Positions 53,901 through 64,000 of a DNA stretch of 64,000 nt are shown here, one piece after another. Under the pieces are notes generated by a model. That model was not told the DNA's origin. It did no database searches and saw nothing but the letters and a program-made list of their open reading frames with translations. The DNA lies in assembly GCA_038087875.1 (NCBI GenBank), contig CM075988.1, forward strand, positions 26,352,001 through 26,416,000, written 5' to 3'. A program made the position numbers and the translations under genes. The DNA is from Malacoraja senta. Lineage: Eukaryota. Position 1 is the stretch's first letter, and every line of letters begins with the position of its first letter.

Positions 53901-54057
53901 CACTCTCTCCCACTCTGGAGAAGGTAGCAATTCAGGGAAAATCAATCAGTACAATTCTGAATTACAGCCTTCTGCAACACTGGTAGCTCCACTGGAGAAA
54001 GGTTCCTGATGAGGGTGAAGACCTTTTGTCATGTCAGCCTGAGCAAAGGCATGCAAA

Positions 54058-54111
54058 TGTGTGTGTGTGGGTGTATGTGTGTGTCTCTCTCTATCTGTCT
54101 GTGTCTCTGCC

Positions 54112-54167
<56 letters not shown>

Positions 54168-54214
54168 TGTGTGTGTGTGTGTGTGTGTGTGTCTCTGCGT
54201 CTGTGTATGTCTCC

Positions 54215-54257
<43 letters not shown>

Positions 54258-54341
54258 TGCCTGTCTGTGTGTGTGTGTGTCTCTACCTCTGTGTATGTCT
54301 CCCTGTCTGTGTGTGTCTGTGTGTCTGTCTGTCTGTCTGTC

Positions 54342-54385
<44 letters not shown>

Positions 54386-54492
54386 TGTATGTGTCAGTGT
54401 ATGTGTGTGTGTGTGTCTCTGCCTCTGTGTATGTCTCCATATGTGTGTGTGTGTGTGTGTGTCTGCCTCTGTGTATGTCTCCATGTGTGTGT

Positions 54493-54525
<33 letters not shown>

Positions 54526-54598
54526 AGTGTGTGTGTGTGTGTGTGTGTGTCTGTGTGTGTGTGTGTGTGTGTGTGTCTCTGCGTCTGTGTATGTCTCC

Positions 54599-54643
<45 letters not shown>

Positions 54644-54731
54644 TGCCTGTCTGTGTGTGTGTGTGTCTCTACCTCTGTGTATGTCTCCCTGTCTGTGTGT
54701 GTCTGTGTGTCTGTCTGTCTGTCTGTCTGTC

Positions 54732-54763
<32 letters not shown>

Positions 54764-54928
54764 TGTATGTGTCAGTGTATGTGTGTGTGTGTGTCTCTGC
54801 CTCTGTGTATGTCTCCATATGTGTGTGTGTGTGTGTGTGTGTGTGTCTGCCTCTGTGTATGTCTCCATGTGTGTGTCAGTGTGTGTGTGTGTGTGTGTGT
54901 GTGTCAGTGTGTGTGTGTGTGTGTGTGT

Positions 54929-54977
<49 letters not shown>

Positions 54978-54998
54978 AGTGTGTGTGTGTGTGTGTGT

Positions 54999-55039
<41 letters not shown>

Positions 55040-55310
55040 AGTGTGTGTCAGTGTGTGTGTGTGTGTGTGTGTCAGTGTGTGTGTGTCAGTGTGTGTCAGT
55101 GTGTGTGTGTGTGTGTGTCAGTGTGTGTCAGTGTGTGTCAGTGTGTGTGTGTGTGTGTGTGTGTCAGTGTGTGTGTGTGTGTGTCAGTGTGTGTGTGTGT
55201 GTGTGTGTGTCAGTGTGTGTGTGTGTCAGTGTGTGTCAGTGTGTGTCAGTGTGTGTGTGTGTGTGTGTGTGTCAGTGTGTGTGTGTGTGTGTCAGTGTGT
55301 GTCTGTGTGC
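54058..55310. repeat. Compound (TG)n microsatellite with higher-order structure
   Basis: TG runs interrupted by recurring TC, TA and CA variants. A block repeats with ~384-bp period (ctctgcgtctgtgtatgtctccatatg at 54193 and 54577). Confidence 0.97.
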
Positions 55311-55691
55311 ACAAAACAATTTAAATAGCTGATGGTTCCCAGCACCAATCTCTCAGATTGATATATGCATGGATCACCATAATCTAATTATTATAAATGT
55401 AAATAGTCCAAGAAATTAAGTGGAAATCAGGCAATTTAATGAAGACATTGCAATCAATATAGAGAAGGCGATTCAGATATTCTCGCATTATATTAAACCC
55501 TTTAATGTTTTTCGTTGTCAGAAGGTTGAGAGATGTAGTTTGCCTTCAGTCTCCACAGTGATTCACACCGCCTCGTCCACCCACCTATCTACTCGCCCCT
55601 CTCTCCACTACACCCTCCCCTGCACCATCCTTTTTGTTTTTTCCCTCTCACCAGAAAGCTTACAAGATGCAATGAATGGTTTGCAACTTAC

Positions 55692-55770
55692 CCCAGCCGC
55701 CGGACAGCAACATGAGCCCGACCAGGACATAACGGAGCAGTGGGAGAACAGGTCTGGCTGTAACTTTCAT
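55692..55770 (-). CDS. SCN2B: Sodium channel beta-2 subunit, coding exon 1 (signal peptide MKVTARPVLPLLRYVLVGLMLLSGGW)
   Basis: ATG at 55770 in a GC/CpG-rich context. 79 nt ending G|GTAAGT in phase 1. Join 55770-55692, 43467-43301, 40355-40145, 39338-39139 = 657 nt, 218 aa plus stop. Confidence 0.8.
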
Positions 55771-56130
55771 CCTGAATTTCCCAAAGATGGAGACAGTGAT
55801 GATGGAGGCGAGGCGGGGGACGGAACTCTCGGCGCTGGGCTGTTTTAATGCCGACTGTTCAATATGGCTGGGTGTGTGTTTGCAGGGAGGGGAAGGGGTT
55901 TATTCTGGGCTGTGGAGGAGGTGAGAACGGTTCTCTGTTACTGGGCGGTCAATGTGATGCCGGGCGCGTTGTCATTAACGGCGACGCTGTCACCGGCTGC
56001 TACATTTGTTCAATTTCAAACAGATTTCATCTCTATTTGGATTTATGAGTGGGGGGAAACTAGCAAATCCACCATTTCAACTGTATTAGCATCGATACGT
56101 TTAAGAAGGTCCATGAACGCACGGGAGAGA
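55771..56130 (-). promoter_or_regulatory. Probable 5' UTR / promoter of SCN2B
   Basis: CpG-containing unique sequence immediately upstream of the ATG, with a GC-box-like GAGGCGGGG near 55811. Confidence 0.45.
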
Positions 56131-56336
56131 GGAGGGAGGGGTTTTACTGAGGATTCAATAGTAGGGTGCGGCTGGTATAGTCAATATATTTTTAAATAAA
56201 AAATATACAATATAATTAGTTCTTTCCCATTGAGAATTTGTTTATATATGTTCCTTTTTAACCCCTTATCTCGGCTAATTGATAACGGGTCCTTCTCGTC
56301 CCGTGATCCAGTTCCATATTTGCAGTGTCTTCCTTT

Positions 56337-57046
56337 TGCTCCCCTCTCCTGTCCACCCATCCTCCCCCCTTCTCTCTCCCCTCTCCTGTCCACCCATCCT
56401 CCCTCCCCTTCTCTCTCCCCTTCTCTCTCCCCTCTCCTGTCCACCCATCCTCCCTCCCCCCCTCTCCCCTTCTCTCTCCCCTCTCCTGTCCACCCATCCT
56501 CCCCCCCTTCTCCCCTTCTCTCTCCCCTCTCCTGTCCACCCATCCTCCCCCCCTCTCTCTCCCCTCCTCTCTCCCATCTCCTGTCCACCCATCCTCCCTC
56601 CCCCTCTCTCCCCTTCTCTCTCCCCTCTCCTGTCCACCCATCCTCCCCCCCCTCTCTCTCCCCTTCTCTCTCCCCTCTCCTGTCCACCCATCCTCCCCCC
56701 CTTCTCTCTCCCCTTCTCTCTCCCCTCTCCTGTCCACCCATCCTCCCTCCCCCCCTCTCCCCTTCTCTCTTCCCTCTCCTGTCCACCCATCCTCCCCCCC
56801 TTCTCTCTCCCCTTCTCTCTCCCCTCTCCTGTCCACCCATCCTCCCTCCCCCCCTCTCCCCTTCTCTCTTCCCTCTCCTGTCCACCCATCCTCCCCCCCT
56901 TCTCTCTCCCCTTCTCTCTTCCCTCTCCTGTCCACCCATCCTCCCCCCTTCTCTCTCCCCACTCCTGTCCACCCATCCTCCGTCCCCCCCTCTCCCCTTC
57001 TCTCTCCCCACTCCTGTCCATCCTTCCTCCCTCCCCTCCCCTCCCC
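56337..57046. repeat. Polypyrimidine minisatellite, about 15 units of ~37-51 bp
   Basis: Core CTCTCCTGTCCACCCATCCTCCC recurs 14 times plus one degenerate copy. Confidence 0.95.
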
Positions 57047-57047
57047 T

Positions 57048-58008
57048 GGTTCTGGTAGATTACTGCAAACACCTCATCAGTGGTTATCTCGCGCAGGTCG
57101 GAGTGAGTAGAGTAGTGATTACATTTTGAAGTGGGCCTTTTTGACCAAGTTGAGGAGATCTAGCTCAATCCCCTTTTTAAATGACTTAACATCGGGAGCA
57201 GCGCGTGTGTTGGGTGGTAACATATTCCATTCCCTTATCATCCTTGGGTGAAGGGAATATTGGTAGCAACGTTTATTGACATTTATTGACGATGATGTAG
57301 GGACGGTTATTTTGTCTTGTTTCATGGCAGATGGTGCTCTGGGATGACGGGAGATTTGATGGCGTGATTTTGTGAATCTCCTTGTAATTTGCAATAAGTC
57401 TCAGCCTGATTCTGCGGAGATCTAGGGTATCCCATCCGAGAGAAATCAGCATATTATTCACGCTTGTGGTCATTACATACAAAGCGGGCTGCTATGGCGT
57501 TGTTCTTTCTCCAGGGTGATCTTGTTGTTGTTGTTGAAAGGATCCCATACGGCTCCACAATACTCCAATTTGGACCTGACCAAGGACTTGTAGGCATTCT
57601 CTTTGACGGATGTACTACATGCGTGAACATTTATTTTGAGTTGGCCGAGAGTTCTATTTGTTTTGTTGGACACTTGACTAATATGCGTCGCCCAACTTAA
57701 ATCTTTGCTTAATTCGACTCCTAGATATGGGTGATGGTCGACAGCAATGTATGGCTACCCATGTTGTATTCTGATAAAAGTGGTTTAATCTTGTGTGAGA
57801 CATGCATGGTATGACATTTGGCTGTATTGAATGACACCTGCCAGGGTTTTCCCCACTCACAGAGAGCATCCAGATCCTTCTGTAAGGACAAGCTGTCTTC
57901 TGGTGTTTTAATCTCTCTATAAATTATGGCATCATCTGCGAAGAGTCGAACTCTGGACGAAACTGCATTTGGAATGTCATTGATCTACAGTAGGAAGAGC
58001 AATGGACG
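57048..58008 (-). mobile_element. LINE RT/3' fragment of a distinct CR1-group clade (Crack/Daphne-like, tentative)
   Basis: PLLFLL*INDIP...VRLFADDA and AYKSLVRSKLEYCGAVWDP peptides, frameshifted. Short 3' UTR ending ACCAGAACCAG. Confidence 0.75.
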
Positions 58009-59413
58009 GTCGGTGGGGGCGCTGCAAGCAGGCAGCCCTGCCAGCAGCATGTCCGTTTTCTCCCAGACCACCAGCCCTGCAGTCTGCTGTGCTTCTGGCT
58101 GCGGCGGAACTTTAAATCTCCGACCGCCAGCCTACACCAGCCTGAAGCCGCGGTCTCCGGTGGAGGAGGCACCGATTCAGGACTTACCTGTACCTTTTAC
58201 CTTGTTCTGGACGCCCGTAGCAACGGCTGCGGAGGCTTTTGTTATTCATTTTTATTCAAAATAAAAAACCTTTTCGCTCAACCTGTCTGGTCTCACTACA
58301 CATTGAACTTATTCTGCTTTCTTTGCGAGAATACAAAGCAAAATAATGGATGGATAGCTGCCTCAGTCTCCATATTCTATGCGTAAATGCTGTGTGGCGT
58401 CTTACTGCTCCTTCTCAAATAGCCGCGACAGCCTACAAACACCTTAGTACAGAAGCCTCATTTACCTCAGAAGGGTCTTAACCCGAAACATCACCTATCT
58501 ATGATCTCCAGAGATGCTGTCTGACCTGCTGAATTACTCCAGCACTTTGTGTACCAACCAGCATCTCCAGCACTTTGTTTCTAACCTCATTCACTGTCTG
58601 TGCTCCATTTATTAAACTTATAATTGGCCATTTTGTGAAAATCTACCCATATTTACTTCTTTAGCCAACTATATATTTGAACACGTATGTCTCTGTTCCA
58701 TCCAAGGTAGATGCACAGTGCTGGAGTAACTCAGCGGGACAGGCAGCATCTGTGGAGAGAAGGAATGGGTGACGTTTCGTGGTCCTTCCCTCTGTCTCTG
58801 TCCCATATCTTGTCCCTTTACTGACTTGCTTTCCTGTCCATAATAGCTCATGTCCATATCAGTATGCATCCCCACCCTCAACCAACCTTTTATCCATGCA
58901 GTTATTTGTTTCTCAGAGGCAGATTTTGTTGGAAGGCTTTGAAACATTCCGAAGTAGGTGGAAATATTCAGAACATTTTCCCAGATTTCCTTTATCACAA
59001 GTCATTCTTTTCTTTAAAAATATCAATTTGTCAAACACATCTTGTCTTTAAATATAAATAAAAAATCCCCCCGGCCCTCCCCCACTGCGCTGATCCTCTG
59101 TGACCTCCTGCACGGTCACAAGACCCAACACACGGTCAAGAATGTCACCTCATCTTCCACCTGTCGATGTTAACACAGAACAGTATAGCACAGGAACAGG
59201 CCCTTCAGCCCACAACATCTGTACCAAACATGATGAGGGAGAGACCAACTCTCCCCTCATCATGCAGCCCTCCAGATTTAACATTAAATTCTCAAACTCT
59301 AGCTAACATGTCTAAATAAGGACAATTTCCACCTGTCATCCTTGTATCTATTCCTCTTTGTGAATTGCCTGAACTGCTGAATATGCTGCCTCACCCGCTG
59401 AGTTACTGCAGCA

Positions 59414-59480
59414 TTTTGCGTCTACCTGCTGAATATTTTGTGTCTACCTGCTGAATATTTTGTGTCTACCTGCTGAATAT
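59414..59480. repeat. 22-bp tandem repeat x3 at the end of a PLE repeat fragment
   Basis: GTCTACCTGCTGAATATTTTGT units. Confidence 0.85.
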
Positions 59481-61879
59481 GTTCCTGTACGGCACAACCA
59501 CAGTAGCCGCAAACTACACAGCTGTGGTACTTTGGCCCGTCTACCCAATGCATTCACCCCACGAGGGAAATCCCACTGGTTCCACGGGCAATTCCCATTT
59601 GCCTGCCACCCACACCAACCTGTTCCTCTCCTTCTCTGATGTGATGAAGGGCCCCTCACCTGAAACATAAATTCTTTCATTTTTCACTGATCTGCTTAGT
59701 TTATCCAGTGTTTCCATTTTCTGTGTTTTTCTTTTCCATCTTACCACAAACAACTTATTGCTTAGTAACTAGTTACTCGCCCACTAGTCAAGTTACTTAA
59801 TGTGGTAAAAACTGTCTCCTCTAAGCCATTTTGAGTCAACCTATCATCGTGTGTTCTTCACATTTCTCCCAACCATCTCTCTTGCTGAAATCCTACTCAC
59901 ATTTCTACCTGACGATGGGACTCAAAACACCAACTGTTTCTCTTTCCACGGATGTTGCCTGATACTGATTTTCATCAATATTTTCTGCGTTCTTTGCCAG
60001 TAATAGATCGACATTGGTTGAATAATTGATTAACCCATTGATTTGATAGTCATTTAAATTACTAATGGATTCAATTATCATTAATAATGGATTTGGCCAA
60101 GATCAAGGTTAGACAATGTGTCTGGATTACCTCCGCTGTTGGATGATCAATAAGATTATTAGCGTCCTTTATCACAATACAATTTACTCAGTAAATTGTA
60201 TTACATATTTAATATTGAATAGTGCCCCAACATTTTCCAGTCACCAGCCAGTTGTATATGGTCAGACCTAAGTAACTTGCCACCATGAGTTCTGCTATTT
60301 TTATTCAGAACCATTTCCTTTTCTATAATTATAATCTTATCCTTCTCTGTAAGATTCTATCTCACTTCCGCTATTATTCCGCCAATCATGACTGCTGGTG
60401 TACAAAGTTTCAACCAAATCAACAATCTGCAAGATGGCATCAGCATCAGTGCGGCAGAGAAGCAGAGACACGATTTTTGATTGCTGTCCAGTGACCTCTT
60501 TTGGAAAGTAATCAGAGGGGAGGGTACGGGCAAATAGTATTCAGGCTCAGTGGAGAGCAGTCTCCATCAAGAACTTGGACATTCACCCCATTCCAGAGAT
60601 TTCAGAACAGTTCCAGGGCCATTCTGAGGAAGTGCTACACTCAGACATGCTGTCTGATTATATTCCAGATACTACACTCCAGATTTCTATACTTCCAGCT
60701 AAACATAACTGATCTCAAGATGCTACTTGTAGGGAGATGGGGTTGTGAGGTCATTTCATGGAGCCCCTTTGCTTGTTGACCCATGCCGGCTTCAAGTTAA
60801 GGAAAGTCTTGATTTTAGAATTTTAATTCTTGTTTTTAAATGCTTCTATGCCCTCAAAACTCTTTAATTATTTGGTATCTGCAACATTCCGCACACCAAG
60901 ATAATTACAGTCATCCATTTGTATCCACGTTATCATTCTCAAATGTTATTGCTGCGACTTTCTGGAATTCCTTTCAGCCTGTCTCCCACTCCAACCTCAT
61001 TTAAGACACTTATCTCTTTGACCAAGCTTTTAGTCATCTGTCCAAATGGGCCTTATGTTTTATTTTGTTAGAGTGAAGTGCTTTGATATGATTTGAAGCA
61101 CAGTAAATATATTGCTGTTCTTATGGCAAATATTGTGGAACCAGGAATATTAAAGTGTAGATTATTTGGTCTTTATCACAGAAGCATGCTGTGCACAGAA
61201 AGTTTACTGGATATCGCATCAATGCATATATTTCAATGTATTCCTTTGATCATAAAATGTATTAAATGACTCAAGGTTAAAGTCAACAACTTTGACACAC
61301 AATCTTCCTCTTGACGTTTACACTCACAATCCACACAGATAGGCACAACGGTGACAATATATTATACAGTACAATTTTCATGCAATTTTTGAGACGTCTT
61401 TGCCTAACTTTAAGTGTCCCAATTGAATATAAGTAGATTGAAAGGTGTTATTTAAGCACACACAGATTTGAACCAACTTGTCCTTTCCCTTCAACCTCTA
61501 TTCCATAACAGAATTCATTACCATATTTTTAAAGAATATGTTACCCACTCCAAATTTAAGAAGCAGATGAAACACAGAGCATTGATTGATTCATAATTAT
61601 TTCTTCACAAACCCCATGGTCGAGGTTTGTAAACCTTTGACCCGGAAGTGCTTTCCCTCTTTGTGTGATAAAACAGAATGAGGTGACACGAAATAAACCA
61701 GGAAGTTTGAGAAACAGGGCTTGAGAAATAATCTGTCACTTGCTGTGTCAAACTAGACCTGACAGATATGTTCTTGAATAATTGTTGGTAGATGTCGTCG
61801 GTTACTAAAATGATGAATGAACAGTGCCTCAAAATCCCAACAATCAATGAAAAAACCTATGACTGGAACACTTGGTTTG

Positions 61880-61962
61880 TTAGAAATATTCTTGTTGAGT
61901 CACTGTTCCATGATTGGGTTGGGAAGTTGATTGTCTGATTTCCCGGTTGCTAAGAATGCATG
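61880..61962 (-). CDS. Candidate terminal coding exon of the neighbouring upstream gene (JAML/MPZL-like by synteny; frame uncertain)
   Basis: Strong polypyrimidine acceptor TTTCTTACACTGTCCTTCTTCTGATTCCAG. Open to a stop in phase 1 (CILSNREIRQSTSQPNHGTVTQQEYF*) or phase 0 (HAFLATGKSDNQLPNPIMEQ*). Followed by repeat-poor AT-rich UTR-like sequence. Confidence 0.3.
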
Positions 61963-62039
61963 CTGGAATCAGAAGAAGGACAGTGTAAGAAATGGGCAAG
62001 GGCCAGTAACAATGTAACTAAATCAAGGCCATCTTTTCT

Positions 62040-62637
62040 AGAGTCATAGAGTGATACAGTGTGGAACCAGGCCCTACGACCCAACTTGTCCACACCGGCC
62101 AACATGTCCCAGCTACACTAGTCCCATCTGTCTGCGCTTGGTCCATATCCCTCCAAACTTATCCAATCCATGTAACTGTCTAACTGTTTCCTAAACGTTG
62201 GGATAGTCCCAGCCTCAACTACCTCATCTGGCAGCTTGTTCCATACACCCACCACCCTTTGTGTGAAAAAGTTACCCCTCAGATTCCTCTTAAATCTTTC
62301 CCCCTTCACCTTGAGCCTATGTCCTCTGGTCTTCGATTCCCCTACTCTGGGCAAGAGACCCTGTGCATCTACCCAATCTATTCCTCTCATGATTTTATAC
62401 ACCTCTATAAGATCCCCCCTCATCCTCCTGCGCTCCAAGGAATGGAGACCCAGCCTATTCAACCTCTCCCTATAGCTCACACCCTCTAATCTTGGCAACA
62501 TCCTCGTAAATCTTCTCTGAACCCTTTCAAGCTAAACAATATCTTTCCTATAACATGGTGCCCAGAACTGAACACAATATTCTAAATGCGGTCTCACCAA
62601 CGTCTTGTACAACTGCAACATGACCTCCCAACTTCTA
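62040..62637 (-). mobile_element. CR1 LINE 3' fragment
   Basis: ORF 62118-62501 encodes the CR1 ORF2 C-terminus. Confidence 0.9.
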
Positions 62638-63244
62638 ACTTTGCATTGATTGAAGCATGTTAATTACAATAAATAACCATAGACTTCCAAGACATTATTT
62701 CAGGAATAAATTCCAGATTACCTTGAGTAAGAGAATTATTAAATTGTGGTTGTTCAGTTGTTGTACAACCTCACTATCACTGGTACATTTTGAAGTATGA
62801 ATGAAGTGATGATCTAAGCAATCTTACCCAGTAAGTCATCTTCCATTCTAATGTCACAACACCAGAAACTTGGGAATTGGTATAAAATTGAACTCCAAAT
62901 CTTGCTGCCACAAATAATAGCTAAATCACACTCAAATAATTAAAGATGGACAAGTGTGAAACCTCCCAGGGCTCTAATTATTGGAACAAGTAATTAGTGG
63001 TCCATGTGTTTGGAATTATAGAGGCTAAATCACTGGCCTGGATTATTGATGGAGACATTAGTTTGGATCACATCGTGAGAGTCAGCAAACTTAAATTCAA
63101 GTGATTAAATAAATCTGGAGTAAAAGATGATGATGATCAGATTGTTGTAAAATCCACCTGATTAACTAACTTCCTTCACTCACTGTTCTCACCCAGTCTG
63201 CTTCTTAACTCCCCTCTCGAGGTTATAAGAATAGCACAACAAAA

Positions 63245-63900
63245 CAAACTACATACATATATACATGTAGCCCTCACTCAGAGGATATCAGGAAAGGCTT
63301 GGGAGTATAGATAAGTCTTTAGTCTTGACTTAAAAGAGTCGATGGAGGGGGCAGTTCTGATGAGAAAGGGGATGCTGTTCCACAGTCTAGGGGCTGCAAC
63401 CGCAAAGGCCCGGTCGCCCCTGAGCTTATGCCTAGACCGTGGGATATTCAGCAACCCCAATTCGGCCGATCTGAGGGGCCTGGTGGTGGAGTGATGGGTG
63501 AGAAGACTTTTTATGTAGGTGGGGGCAAGCCCATTGAGGGCTTTGTAGACATGGAGGAGGATCTTGAAGTTTATACGGAACCGCACAGGGAGCCAGTGGA
63601 GAGAGGCCAGGATCGGGGTGATGTGGTCCCTTTTTCGGGTGCCTGTCAGGAGTCTCGCTGCGGCGTTTTGGACCAGTTGCAGGCGGGACAGGGAAGATTG
63701 GCTGATGCCAGTGTAAAGGGAGTTGCAGTAATCTAGGCGGGAGGAGATGAATGTGTGGATGATCTTTTCGAGGTCATCAAGCTGGAGGAATTGTTTTATT
63801 TTAGCTATCATCCGAAGCTGAAAGAAGCTAGCTTTTACCACGGCATTGACTTGTTTGTCAAATTTCAGTGCTGAGTCAAATATCACGCCAAGATTTTTGG
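63245..63900 (-). mobile_element. L2-clade LINE 3' fragment
   Basis: Open 202-aa frame with SRLDYCNSL, LQLVQNAAARLL, HITPILASLHWLP and RAFAVAAPRLWNS. Confidence 0.9.
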
Positions 63901-64000
63901 AAACTGTCTAATTTTGAAGAGCAGACCAATGAGACAGCCAGGTCACGGATGGAAGGGGAAATATTCGTTCTTATATTCTTTACCTTGCTGGTGAAAAATG

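Noticed and set aside
53946..55332. Long Cys/Val and His/Thr ORFs (up to 439 aa)
   Set aside because: Translation artefacts of the (TG)n microsatellite.
57060..57085. CTGATGAG on the minus strand in the LINE 3' UTR, suggestive of a hammerhead
   Set aside because: No GAAA box following a stem II. More likely the LINE 3' stem-loop.
56181..57129. Six overlapping Pro/Ser/Leu or Gly/Arg/Glu-rich ORFs
   Set aside because: The stop-free minisatellite is open in all frames, with no domain signal.
59414..59480. CRISPR-like short direct repeats (also 22057-22125 and 46482-46536)
   Set aside because: Contiguous tandem repeats without unique spacers, in a vertebrate genome.
62722..62813. Open minus-strand segment ending in AAG|GTAATC
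   Set aside because: Weak acceptor with no polypyrimidine tract and no recognisable peptide.

Overview
Vertebrate genomic DNA. The repeat content (CR1/HER1-type LINEs, tRNA-derived V-SINEs, Penelope-like elements) suggests a cartilaginous fish, probably a skate or ray; this is an inference. The window holds two complete minus-strand genes in the same tandem order as in mammals. SCN4B (Nav beta-4) has 5 coding exons at 21755-9966 and encodes 231 aa. SCN2B (Nav beta-2) has 4 coding exons at 55770-39139 and encodes 218 aa. Both were assembled by hand from GT-AG junctions with consistent phases. A possible terminal exon of the next gene lies near 61.9 kb. Most long ORFs in the track are TE fragments or low-complexity artefacts. 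The most notable non-genic signal is a ~130-bp repeat, present in more than 20 copies, that matches the 3' terminal repeat of a Penelope-like (GIY-YIG) retroelement. It carries a minimal hammerhead-ribozyme-like core (CTGANGA-stem-GAAACGTC). It is repeatedly inserted as ~200-bp head-to-head palindromic units with 12-13 bp target-site duplications, one of them 90 nt after the SCN2B stop codon. Also seen: a young 395-bp MITE with an internal hairpin, an inverted ~660-bp composite duplication 18 kb apart, and an SCN2B first exon bracketed by a 1.25-kb (TG)n array and a 0.7-kb polypyrimidine minisatellite. TE boundaries are approximate, and ribozyme activity is untested.
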